DNA from: an uncultured bacterium | Lineage (GTDB): Bacteria; Patescibacteriota; Minisyncoccia; Phycocordibacterales; UBA9973 | Direction of reading: 5' to 3' | Length of the DNA stretch: 47,700 nt | Assembly: GCA_903888625.1 (NCBI GenBank) | Contig: CAISUD010000041.1 | Span: 1 to 47,700, forward strand | Part shown: positions 23,920 through 32,336 of the stretch, piece after piece | Layout: each line of letters opens with the position of its first letter | Numbering within the stretch: position 1 is the first letter of the stretch | Notes under the pieces: model-generated | What the model saw: only the letters and a program-made list of their open reading frames with translations | Told to the model about the DNA's origin: nothing | Database searches by the model: none | Program-made: the position numbers and the translations under genes

Positions 23920-25185
23920 TTAAATTAACTTTATTTTGCTTTTTTCGCGGTGGAATTTGATAGCAAAACGATGAGATTCGGCATTGGCTAGGAGGATTTG
24001 GTTTTTGTATTTTTGAATGATTTTTTCGTCGCCTAGGATGGCCTTGGCTTTGTGATGCTCATCTTTGACCACTCCAACGATTGGAATTTTTAATTTATGA
24101 ATTTTGATAATTTTGGAAATTGTATTTACTTGGGCTTTTCCCCCATCGACAACTATCAAACTCGGCAACTGCCATTCATTGTGGCCGAGTCTGCGAGATA
24201 GAACTTCCGACAAAGCACCAGTGTCGTTGCTCCCTACCTGTGACCTGATGATGAATTTACGATATTCACTTTTGGCAATTTCGCCGTCTTCTAACACAAC
24301 CATTACCCCTACAATATTTTTGCCTGCTAAATGTGAAATGTCGTAGGCTTCTGTTCGCATTTTGTCGGGCAAAAGTTTTCGCCTGCGAACACTGGCTTCG
24401 TTTTGTTCGCCAGAAAATTTTTGCCCGACAGAATGCTCAAAATTTTCTTCTTTAATCAAAGCAACATCATTGATATGATTTAAAGCGAAAATTTGTTTTT
24501 TAATTCCACTGGCTTTTTCAAATTCCCTACGCTTTGCCAACTGCATCATTTCTTTTTGTAAATTATTTAAAATTTTCTTTTTCTTGCCTTGGAAAAAAAG
24601 TTTCAAATTGGCAATATTTTTTTTGTAAGCTTTTAACCCCTCTCCTCCTTGTAAGGTAGGAACTAAATTAATTTGTTTATAAAATTCTTGATTATTTTTT
24701 TTAAGAGATTCGCCATCTAGATACGGGAAAATTCGGCGAATAATCTTCATCGCTATTTTAAGCTGACTGCTATTGGTATATGGACCGAAAGTTGTGCATC
24801 TACGCCATGGCGTAGATTTTAAATTTCTGCCACGCACAATTAAAACCCTTGGAATACTTTCCCCGGTGATACAAACATAATTCCAACTTTTGTCGCTTTT
24901 TTCTTTGGTGTTATAAAATGGCTGATGCTTTTTTATTAATTCTGCTTCTAAGATCAAAGCCTCCAAGACGCTATCTGTCTCCTGCCATTCTAATTTATTG
25001 GCGCTGGTAACCATATCTAAAATCATCGGTCCCCGAGCAACTATCAAATCTGGTGAAAAATAACTTTTGACTCTATCTCGCAATGAAGTCGCTTTGCCAA
25101 TGTAAAGAACCTCATCCCCTTTTTTGAAAAAATATACTCCGGGCTTATCTAGTAATTTATATTTTTTTAAATCACTTTTTTTCAT
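23920..25185 (-). CDS. uvrC: Excinuclease ABC subunit C, short form
   Basis: 421 aa. It has the GIY-YIG N-terminus (GVYFFKKGDEVLYIGKA...YN), a UVR-like helix (FEKASGIKKQIFALNHI) and an endonuclease region (AYDISHLAG). No C-terminal HhH region is present. It begins 4 nt after uvrA. Confidence 0.88.
   Translation of the reverse strand: MKKSDLKKYKLLDKPGVYFFKKGDEVLYIGKATSLRDRVKSYFSPDLIVARGPMILDMVTSANKLEWQETDSVLEALILEAELIKKHQPFYNTKEKSDKSWNYVCITGESIPRVLIVRGRNLKSTPWRRCTTFGPYTNSSQLKIAMKIIRRIFPYLDGESLKKNNQEFYKQINLVPTLQGGEGLKAYKKNIANLKLFFQGKKKKILNNLQKEMMQLAKRREFEKASGIKKQIFALNHINDVALIKEENFEHSVGQKFSGEQNEASVRRRKLLPDKMRTEAYDISHLAGKNIVGVMVVLEDGEIAKSEYRKFIIRSQVGSNDTGALSEVLSRRLGHNEWQLPSLIVVDGGKAQVNTISKIIKIHKLKIPIVGVVKDEHHKAKAILGDEKIIQKYKNQILLANAESHRFAIKFHREKSKIKLI
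24352..24431. repeat. Nested GC-rich palindromic element, in-frame inside uvrC
   Basis: tgtcgggcaaaa (24363-24374) pairs with ttttgcccgaca (24419-24430), 12-bp arms. These enclose gcgaaca (24385-24391) paired with tgttcgc (24404-24410). An extra tgttcgc lies at 24352-24358. Confidence 0.7.
24797..24817. repeat. 21-nt element with a perfect 20-nt palindrome, copy 1 (inside uvrC)
   Basis: catctacgccatggcgtagat is identical to 43094-43114. Here it encodes KSTPWRRC. Confidence 0.85.
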
Positions 25186-25189
25186 AAAT

Positions 25190-27967
25190 TTATTTACGAA
25201 GCACTCTTTTTAAATATTTACCGGTGTATGAATTTTTATTATTGGCAATATCTTCTGGCGTGCCTTTGGCGACAAGTTTGCCTCCCCCATCACCGCCTTC
25301 AGGCCCAATATCGACAACGTAATCGCAGTTTTTAATGATATCCATATTGTGTTCAATCAAAACGACAGTGTTGCCTTTGTCGACTAATTTATTTAAAACT
25401 TCCAAAAGTTTTGAGACATCATCATAGTGCAAGCCGACTGTTGGCTCGTCTAAGAGATAGATAGTTTTTTCTAAATGCGGACGATAAAGTTCTGAAGAAA
25501 TTTTTACCCGTTGAGCTTCCCCACCCGATAAAGTGGTCGCTGATTGTCCGAGCAAAACATAACCGAGGCCAACATCAAGCAAAGTTTTCAACCGATCATA
25601 AACTTGTGGAATATCTTCAAAAAAGATGATAGCTTCTTCGACGGTCATCTGCAGAACTTCATAAATATTTTTCTTTTTATATTTTATCGTCAAAGTTTCT
25701 TTATCAAACCTTTTACCATTACAAACATCACAGGTCACATAGACAGTCGGCAAAAAATGCATTTCAACCGCAATTTCACCATTACCTTCGCAAGCTTCAC
25801 AACGACCACCTTTCACATTGAAAGAAAAACGATTTGATTTCCAACCCCGAAGCCTGGCTTCCGAACTCGCGGCAAATAAATCTCGAATATGCGAAAAAGC
25901 TCCAGTGTAAGTGGCAATATTGGAACGTGGAGTCCGACCGATCGGAGCTTGATCTATCAGGATTGCTCTTGATAAATATTCGGTACCAGAAAAGGAAGCG
26001 CAATTGTATAAGGTTGCAGTGCGATATTTTCTTTCTAAACGACCTTTCAAGTTTTTATATAAAATTTCATACATCAGAGATGATTTACCAGAACCAGAAA
26101 CTCCAGTGATGACAACCATTTTGCCTAAAGGAATTTCTACATTCATATTTTTTATATTAAAAACTTTTCCGCCAACAATTTTGAGTGAACCTTTGTCTTT
26201 TTCACGACGCTCTTTCGGTACTTCAATTTTTATTTCACCTCGCAAATATGCCAAGGTGCGAGATTTGGATGGATTAGTTTTGGCTGAAAGTAATTCTTCT
26301 AAATATCCAGAAACGACAACTTGCCCACCGTGAACTCCAGCTTTTGGCCCAATATCGACAAGATAATCTGAAGCAAAAATGGTGTCTTCGTCGTGTTCCA
26401 CCACGATAATCGTATTGCCTAAATCACGCAAATTGTGCAAGGTTTTGATCAAGCGGTCGTTGTCGCGTTGATGGAGTCCGATTGTTGGTTCATCAAGCAC
26501 ATAGAGCGCCCCGACGAGCCTAGAGCCCAATTGGCTGGCTAAACGTATCCTTTGAGCTTCCCCACCCGAGAGAGTGCTGGCCCGGCGATCGAGCGAAATA
26601 TAATTTAATCCGACATTCAAAAGAAATTGAATTCTGGCTTCGATTTCTTTAATGATAACTTTTGAAATTTCTTTTTCTTGTTCATTTAAATCAAGTTCAA
26701 TAAAAAAATCAGCAACTTTTTCAATCGAAAGCGCCGTCAAATTAACAATATTCATTTTGTTCCCCAAAAATACATTCAAAGCTTCTGGGCGAAGTCGTGC
26801 GCCATGGCAAACTTCACAAATATCATTATCCCAAAATTCTTTAGTGCCGAGACCGTTACAAGCAGGACATGCACCATAAGGAGAATTGAAGGAAAATAAT
26901 CGTGGTTCAATTTCAGGAAAAGAAAATCCGTCTCGCGGACACGCAAATTTTGTAGACATGACAAATTCCAATAAATTAGCTTTCGCAGAATAATTCTTTT
27001 TTTCAGGTCCTCGGTTCTCCTTCACCTTTGGCTCGGCCAGACCATTCAAAAAAGTATTATTCTGCTCTGTCGTTCCAAAAGAAATTGTCACCAACCCATC
27101 TGATTCAGCAATCGCCAATTCTACCGCTTCCGAAAGTCGCATTCTGGCATCATCGATATTTTTTGCTTTAGCAGAAAATTCATGAATATAAAAAGTATCG
27201 ACTAAAACATCGATATTGTGTTTTTTATTTTTCGAAAGAACAATTTGATCTCGCAAATTTTTCATCACTCCATCTAAACGAATTTTCTGAAAACCCTTAT
27301 TGAGTAAATCATAAAGCATTTGATAATACTCACCTTTTCTCCCTCGCACCACTGGTGCATAAATAGAAATCGGTGTATCGTCCCACTCGACTCCCATGAC
27401 TTTGCGTTTATTTTCTCCTCCTTTTAAAGGAGGAGTGCCCTTTAGGGCGAGGTGGTTGTTTTTAGAATTACCACCCCCTACCCCCTCCTTGACTAAGGCG
27501 GGGGTTCTAAATTCTTCAATTTTTTGTAAAATAAAATTTAAAATTTGCTCGTTAGAAAGTTTTTTTATTTCATCTCCACAAACTGGGCAGTGTGGCCGGC
27601 CAATTCGCGCATACAAAACTCGCAAGTAATCATAAATTTCTGTGATAGTCGCTACTGTCGAACGTGGATTGTTGGAACGAGATTTTTGATCAATTGAAAT
27701 TGCTGGAGAAAGCCCAGTGATTTCATCCACATCTGGTTTCGCCATTTGATTCAAAAATTGTCGAGCATAAGCCGACAAACTCTCGACATACCTTCTTTGC
27801 CCTTCGGCAAAAATGGTATCAAAAGCAAGCGAGCTCTTTCCAGACCCCGACATACCAGTAACAACCACCATTTTATTGCGTGGCATTTCCACATTTATAT
27901 TCTTTAAATTGTGGGTCCTAGCACCCCTCACCACAAGTTTTTCAATTTTTTTATCTAATTTATCCAT
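25190..27967 (-). CDS. uvrA: Excinuclease ABC subunit A
   Basis: 925 aa. The N-terminus is [11 protein letters not shown]...[14 protein letters not shown]. It has two ABC modules (a second Walker [11 protein letters not shown], and LSGGEAQR twice) and zinc-finger Cys clusters. Confidence 0.97.
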   Translation of the reverse strand: MDKLDKKIEKLVVRGARTHNLKNINVEMPRNKMVVVTGMSGSGKSSLAFDTIFAEGQRRYVESLSAYARQFLNQMAKPDVDEITGLSPAISIDQKSRSNNPRSTVATITEIYDYLRVLYARIGRPHCPVCGDEIKKLSNEQILNFILQKIEEFRTPALVKEGVGGGNSKNNHLALKGTPPLKGGENKRKVMGVEWDDTPISIYAPVVRGRKGEYYQMLYDLLNKGFQKIRLDGVMKNLRDQIVLSKNKKHNIDVLVDTFYIHEFSAKAKNIDDARMRLSEAVELAIAESDGLVTISFGTTEQNNTFLNGLAEPKVKENRGPEKKNYSAKANLLEFVMSTKFACPRDGFSFPEIEPRLFSFNSPYGACPACNGLGTKEFWDNDICEVCHGARLRPEALNVFLGNKMNIVNLTALSIEKVADFFIELDLNEQEKEISKVIIKEIEARIQFLLNVGLNYISLDRRASTLSGGEAQRIRLASQLGSRLVGALYVLDEPTIGLHQRDNDRLIKTLHNLRDLGNTIIVVEHDEDTIFASDYLVDIGPKAGVHGGQVVVSGYLEELLSAKTNPSKSRTLAYLRGEIKIEVPKERREKDKGSLKIVGGKVFNIKNMNVEIPLGKMVVITGVSGSGKSSLMYEILYKNLKGRLERKYRTATLYNCASFSGTEYLSRAILIDQAPIGRTPRSNIATYTGAFSHIRDLFAASSEARLRGWKSNRFSFNVKGGRCEACEGNGEIAVEMHFLPTVYVTCDVCNGKRFDKETLTIKYKKKNIYEVLQMTVEEAIIFFEDIPQVYDRLKTLLDVGLGYVLLGQSATTLSGGEAQRVKISSELYRPHLEKTIYLLDEPTVGLHYDDVSKLLEVLNKLVDKGNTVVLIEHNMDIIKNCDYVVDIGPEGGDGGGKLVAKGTPEDIANNKNSYTGKYLKRVLRK
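27415..27504. repeat. String of four GC-rich mini-hairpins, in-frame inside uvrA
   Basis: The hairpins are ctcctcctttTaaaggaggag (27415-27435), gccc-ttta-gggc (27437-27448), ggtggt...accacc (27451-27475) and cccctcctt-gact-aaggcgggg (27481-27504). The region encodes ...[27 protein letters not shown].... Confidence 0.7.
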
Positions 27968-28029
27968 ATATAACTAAACGACACCCCGCTTTATTCTATA
28001 GGGGTGTATATCAATTTTCAATTATATAT

Positions 28030-28035
28030 AATATA
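28030..28035 (-). promoter_or_regulatory. Candidate extended -10 of the uvrA promoter
   Basis: On the minus strand TATGCTATATT reads as TG-n-TATATT, about 60 nt upstream of the uvrA ATG. The leader contains hairpin acacccc...ggggtgt (27981-28008). Confidence 0.4.
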
Positions 28036-28048
28036 GCATAAATTTTAC

Positions 28049-28077
28049 TTGACTTTTGAAATCAAGTATGCTATACT
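28049..28077 (+). promoter_or_regulatory. Promoter of ORF 28220..28498
   Basis: -35 TTGACT at 28049-28054, a 17-nt spacer, and -10 TATACT at 28072-28077. The 17-mer tcaagtatgctatactc is shared with the uvrB promoter. Confidence 0.5.
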
Positions 28078-28219
28078 CTCCCTAGATTTCAGTACCTTAA
28101 AAAGGTTCATATTTTTTTGTTTTTTGGTTAGGGTTATTGGATTTTCCTAGGTCATTTTGTGATTTAAGAAAATCTAATAACTATTAATTATTTTTTACTA
28201 ACTTTTAAACAAATAAACA

Positions 28220-28498
28220 ATGAAAACTAACAAAGCAATTAATGTGCTAAACTCTTTTCCAAAGAAATTAGCAAAAGCTATTTTACGTAGCAGGGACCCT
28301 CAAACTGATGGGTATAAAGGAAATATGATGCTGTCTGGGAAAAAGCTGGACGGGCATTTAAGAAAAATAGATAAACAATATTTTCCTGACCAATGTAAGC
28401 ACAGAGGCAAGCAAAGAGTATCAACCTATATGTTTATTGCAAACAAATGGGGGAAAAAATTTGCAGACTTACATCTGTCCCTTTATGCTATCGAGTAA
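28220..28498 (+). CDS. Small basic hypothetical protein
   Basis: 92-aa ORF with its own promoter and terminator, wedged between uvrA and uvrB on the opposite strand. Confidence 0.55.
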   Translation: MKTNKAINVLNSFPKKLAKAILRSRDPQTDGYKGNMMLSGKKLDGHLRKIDKQYFPDQCKHRGKQRVSTYMFIANKWGKKFADLHLSLYAIE

Positions 28499-28505
28499 GA
28501 TTTCA

Positions 28506-28546
28506 AGCCCATAGAAAAGCCTGCAAGCTTATCTATGGGCTTTTCT
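28506..28546. terminator. Bidirectional rho-independent terminator (ORF 28220 and uvrB)
   Basis: agcccataga / tctatgggct form a 10-bp stem with a T-run on the plus side. It lies between convergent stops. Confidence 0.65.
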
Positions 28547-28550
28547 ATTT

Positions 28551-30728
28551 CTATACCTTTTTTCCAGAAAATTTTTCTCTTAGCACCATAATTTCATCCC
28601 TAAGAATAGCCGCGGTTTCAAAGTCGAGTTCTTTGACGGCTCGGTTCATTTCTTTTTCTTTCATTTTGATTATTTTTTCATAAACTTTTTGATTTCTCTC
28701 TTCGTCTGAGAGCATCAAATTTTTTATTGAATCACTTTCATTTTTCCCCTTATTACTTTTATCTTTCGCAAATGCTTTTTTGAAAAGTTCGATATCAAGC
28801 GAAAGTTCGGCATTCACAGCTTTCTCATGTTTGTTTTCTAATTCTTCTGTAATATCTTTAATTTTTTTAATAATTGTTTTTGGAGTAATGCCATGTTTTT
28901 TGTTATAAGCTACTTGGATAGATCTGCGACGATTTGTTTCGCTAATTGCATAAGTAAGTGATTTGGTCATCACATCGGCATATAAAATAACTTTCCCTTC
29001 GACATTTCTAGCGGCTCGGCCAATCGTTTGAACGAGGGCAGTTTCACTACGAAGAAATCCTTCTTTATCTGCATCAAGAATTCCAATCAAGGCGACTTCT
29101 GGTAAATCAAGCCCCTCTCGAAGCAAGTTTACTCCTACCAAAATATCCATTTCCCCTTTGCGAAATTTTGTTAAGATTTGAATTCTCTCAATCGTTTTTA
29201 TTTCACTATGCAAATATTCGGCCTTCATTCCTTTTTCTTTTAAATAAACAGACAAGTCTTCTGCCATTTTTTTTGTCAGGGTCGTCGCCAAAACTCGAAA
29301 ACCTTTTTTAATTGTTTTCTCGGCTTCAAGAATAAAATCTTGCACTTGGCCGGGATAAACCTCATCCCCCGCCTTCACCTCTGAGGAGGAGGAGCCACTC
29401 ACTGGGCGCACAATTACTTCTGGATCTATCAGCCCAGTCGGACGAATTATTTGCTCGACTATTTGCTCGCTTTCTTTACGTTCTTCGTCGCTCGGTGTGG
29501 CCGAAGTATAAATAACTTGACCAATCCGCTCTTCAAATTCAGGATATTTTAACGGACGATTGTCTTTTGCACTTGGCAGTCTAAAACCAAATTCGACTAA
29601 AGTATTTTTTCGAGAAGCATCTCCGGCATACATACCTCGAAGCTGAGGCAAGGTCACATGTGATTCATCAACTATAGTTAGGAAGTCAGCCCGAGAAATA
29701 TCCTTGAAGGAGTCTTCGCTAAAGCTTCGACGTGTCGAAGGAAAATACGAAAGCAAAGTTTCTGGTGGTTCGCCTTCTTTTTTGCCGGACAAATGTCTGG
29801 AATAATTTTCTATGCCATTACAATAACCGACTTCCCGAATCATCGCTAAATCATAACTTGTTCTGCGTTTAATTCTTTCCGCTTCTAAAAGTTTCCCTTC
29901 TTTTTCAAATTTTTTAAGTTGTAGTGCTAACTCTTTTTTGATATCTCGAATTGCCCGAGCTTGTGCATCTTTTTCTACAATAAAATGTTTAACTGGAAAA
30001 AGAAAAATATTTTTCTCTTCTCTAATTACATACGAAGAAACAGGATCAACCTTGGCAATTCGGGAAATGACTCCATCTTCGAATTCGATTTGATAAACAA
30101 AAGTTTCCGAAATTGGCATCACTTCTACTTTCTTGCCAATTGAACGAAATTGCCCAGGAGAAATATCGGCATTGGTGCGTTCAAAATATATTTCAATTAA
30201 TTTTTTTAATAAACTAGTGCGCTCTATTTGCATTCCAGTTTCAATTTTTAAGTTTACTTTTTCATATTCCTCTGGGCTACCTAAACCATAAATACAAGAA
30301 ACCGAAGCGACGATAATAACATCGCGTCTCGTTAATAAAGCCTCGGTCGTAGCATGACGCAAACGGTCTATCTCTTTATTTATTTGTGCATCTTTTTCAA
30401 TATAAGTATCGGTCACAGGCATGTAAGCTTCTGGTTGATAATAATCATAATAAGAAACAAAATAATGCACAGCTGCATCGGGGAAAAATTCTCGAAATTC
30501 TTGAGCGAGCTGAGCTGCCAAAGTTTTGTTGTGAGCAATGACTAAAGTTGGTTTGTTATATTCTTCGATAACATTCGCCATCGTAAAAGTTTTACCCGTC
30601 CCTGTAGCCCCAAGCAGAGTTTGTTTACGCATCCCTTTTTTAAGTCCTGCCAACAACTCTAAAATAGCCTTGGGCTGATCGCCTTCTGGTTTATAGTCAC
30701 TTTTTAATTTGAAAATTTTATTTGTCAT
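28551..30728 (-). CDS. uvrB: Excinuclease ABC subunit B
   Basis: 725 aa. It has Walker A GATGTGKTF, helicase motifs (DESH, LREGLDLPEV, QTIGRAARN) and a C-terminal UVR domain (DFETAAILRDEI). Confidence 0.97.
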   Translation of the reverse strand: MTNKIFKLKSDYKPEGDQPKAILELLAGLKKGMRKQTLLGATGTGKTFTMANVIEEYNKPTLVIAHNKTLAAQLAQEFREFFPDAAVHYFVSYYDYYQPEAYMPVTDTYIEKDAQINKEIDRLRHATTEALLTRRDVIIVASVSCIYGLGSPEEYEKVNLKIETGMQIERTSLLKKLIEIYFERTNADISPGQFRSIGKKVEVMPISETFVYQIEFEDGVISRIAKVDPVSSYVIREEKNIFLFPVKHFIVEKDAQARAIRDIKKELALQLKKFEKEGKLLEAERIKRRTSYDLAMIREVGYCNGIENYSRHLSGKKEGEPPETLLSYFPSTRRSFSEDSFKDISRADFLTIVDESHVTLPQLRGMYAGDASRKNTLVEFGFRLPSAKDNRPLKYPEFEERIGQVIYTSATPSDEERKESEQIVEQIIRPTGLIDPEVIVRPVSGSSSSEVKAGDEVYPGQVQDFILEAEKTIKKGFRVLATTLTKKMAEDLSVYLKEKGMKAEYLHSEIKTIERIQILTKFRKGEMDILVGVNLLREGLDLPEVALIGILDADKEGFLRSETALVQTIGRAARNVEGKVILYADVMTKSLTYAISETNRRRSIQVAYNKKHGITPKTIIKKIKDITEELENKHEKAVNAELSLDIELFKKAFAKDKSNKGKNESDSIKNLMLSDEERNQKVYEKIIKMKEKEMNRAVKELDFETAAILRDEIMVLREKFSGKKV
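29352..29402. repeat. GC-rich in-frame extra segment in uvrB
   Basis: It encodes SGSSSSEVKAGDEVYPG between VRPV and QVQD. E. coli UvrB, as I recall it, reads VRPVATQVDD there. Only weak inverted repeats are present (cctca/tgagg). Confidence 0.45.
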
Positions 30729-30744
30729 ATATCTATATTATAAC

Positions 30745-30768
30745 AAAAAACGCCCGAAGGCGTTTTTT
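30745..30768. terminator. Terminator-like hairpin in the uvrB upstream region
   Basis: aaaaaacgcc-cgaa-ggcgtttttt is symmetric, with A and T runs on both sides. It lies 17 nt upstream of the uvrB ATG. Confidence 0.45.
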
Positions 30769-30823
30769 GCGGCACTTATGTTGTTTACGATAAATGCGAG
30801 TATTACCTCACACTCACACTCCG

Positions 30824-30852
30824 AGTATAGCATACTTGAAATAAAAAAGCAA
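30824..30852 (-). promoter_or_regulatory. Promoter upstream of uvrB (minus strand)
   Basis: On the minus strand: -35 TTGCTT (30847-30852), a 17-nt spacer, and -10 TATACT (30824-30829). It contains the shared 17-mer tcaagtatgctatactc. Confidence 0.45.
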
Positions 30853-30864
30853 GTAGTATACACT
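30836..30864 (+). promoter_or_regulatory. Candidate rnpB promoter
   Basis: -35 TTGAAA at 30836-30841, a 17-nt spacer, and TACACT at 30859-30864. It is back-to-back with the uvrB promoter. Confidence 0.4.
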
Positions 30865-30867
30865 AAG

Positions 30868-31172
30868 TTGGCAGGTGCCGGATAGTTGCGTCTCGACTTT
30901 ACGCCGAGATGAGGAAAGTCCGAACACATAGCCCGATTTTATATCGTGACAAACGTAGCGGGTAACGCCCGTCGTCCGTAAGGATAGAGTTGCGAACAGT
31001 GACGAATCCCTCAAGTGGGAGTGAAACGGCAAAATACTTACGCGTGTGCAAGATCGTGCTCCGACGTTACGTCGGAGAGAATCGCTTGAGCCTTAAAGTA
31101 ATTTAAAGCCTAGATAAATAACTATCCATTTGGTTTTACCAAAGGACAAAATTCGGCTTATAAGCACCTGCA
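30868..31172 (+). ncRNA. rnpB: RNase P RNA, bacterial type A-like, compact
   Basis: P4 strands are GAGGAAAGTCCGAAC (30911-30925) and ACAAAATTCGGCTTATAAG (31146-31164). P1 is gcaggtgc (30871-30878) paired with gcacctgc (31164-31171). GGTAACGCCCG and GCGAACAGTGA motifs are present, and a terminator follows. Confidence 0.85.
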
Positions 31173-31187
31173 AAAAAATATGAACTT

Positions 31188-31215
31188 CCCCGCCTAAAAG
31201 CGGGGATTTTCTTTT
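31188..31215 (+). terminator. Rho-independent terminator of rnpB
   Basis: ccccgc-ctaaaa-gcgggg is followed by attttctttt. Confidence 0.7.
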
Positions 31216-31308
31216 ACTACTATTGACTTTTTAAATTCAATATGATAAACTATATTAATGTAATATTAAGGTCAAATAGTTATTATTATAGTAAATTTTG
31301 ATAAAAAA

Positions 31309-32328
31309 ATGAAAAATATAACAAAAAATTTAATAACAACAATTTTTATTTTGGGTTTTGTCTTAGTTGGAGCAAATTCAGTTTTTGCCTACGGATTAAC
31401 AGTTATAAATAACGTCCCCTCCCATATTAATGTCATTAATCCTTCCAATAATTATACTCATGGTGGCAACATAACTATTGCAAATACTTTACCTAATTCA
31501 AACGTACTTACGAATGGAGGTAGTATAACCATCGGAAATACTTTACCAACCAGCACCAGCACTCTTTCAAATGGAGGAAGTATAGTTATTGGAGGTATTA
31601 TACCATTAAATCCAACGCCTATTTTAGGAGGTGGAGGCGGTGGTGGTGGACATAGTAGTGGTGGTGGTTATTACCCTAATCAATCTGGAATGAATGAAAA
31701 TGTCACCACAACGCAAGCTATCAATTTAACTCCAACTAGTGCTAGGCTTGGTGGAAATTATTTCAATCAAACTGGAATTTCGGCTATCGGATATTTCCAA
31801 TATGGCACAACTAATTCTTTAAATTTAAAAACCAATGATGTAAATCTTGGAACAGGCACCTCTTTAAATCTAGCAGACACAGCTAAAAATTTAACTCCTG
31901 CAACTACTTATTATTTCCGAGCAGTCGCTCTAAAACAAGGAGTACTTTACTATGGAAATATTTTAACTTTCCGAACTGCGAATGCAATCATCCCTAATAA
32001 TTACCAGAATAATTCTAGTGATATTTCTAACCAAAGCATAGATACTGTCCCAAGTATTACCAATATTCCAAATACTCCAAATTACTATCCCCTTTCAGAT
32101 TCAAATCCTGGTTTGACTGCCAACTCTCTCTTTGGTTTTGGTGCTGGATTTTTCCCAACAACTTTATTTGGTTGGTTATTACTATTGCTCGTAATCGTGG
32201 CTCTTGTAATTATCAGTAGAAAACTCTATCAAAGTTATAAAGTAAAAAAAATTCCACCAAAAATAAATAATCAGAAAAATGAAATGTATACAGATAACGC
32301 TGACCACATAGATAATTTACCAATGTAA
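31309..32328 (+). CDS. Surface/membrane-anchored repeat protein
   Basis: 339 aa with an N-terminal signal/TM segment. The motif GG(N/S)ITI(A/G)NTLP occurs three times. It also has a poly-Gly run and a C-terminal TM (LLLLLVIVALVIIS). Confidence 0.65.
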   Translation: MKNITKNLITTIFILGFVLVGANSVFAYGLTVINNVPSHINVINPSNNYTHGGNITIANTLPNSNVLTNGGSITIGNTLPTSTSTLSNGGSIVIGGIIPLNPTPILGGGGGGGGHSSGGGYYPNQSGMNENVTTTQAINLTPTSARLGGNYFNQTGISAIGYFQYGTTNSLNLKTNDVNLGTGTSLNLADTAKNLTPATTYYFRAVALKQGVLYYGNILTFRTANAIIPNNYQNNSSDISNQSIDTVPSITNIPNTPNYYPLSDSNPGLTANSLFGFGAGFFPTTLFGWLLLLLVIVALVIISRKLYQSYKVKKIPPKINNQKNEMYTDNADHIDNLPM

Positions 32329-32336
32329 ATTAATCT

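Noticed and set aside
25544-27629. Many short ORFs antisense to or nested within uvrA. Similar shadow ORFs lie inside other long genes: 960, 5405, 10415, 12083, 13131, 14826, 19506, 20846, 21698, 23081, 24104, 28447, 29961, 30354, 33920, 33982, 34973, 35569, 37052, 38605, 38621, 41251, 41692, 42946, 42971, 43534, 43972, 44365, 44605 and 45254.
   Set aside because: They overlap strongly supported genes, have low-complexity translations, and have no independent start or RBS context. They are typical shadow ORFs.
30738-31032. Track ORFs 30738..30929 and 30814..31032 (minus strand).
   Set aside because: They overlap the RNase P RNA gene and its promoter on the opposite strand and have no protein-like features. 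They are artefacts of an RNA gene.
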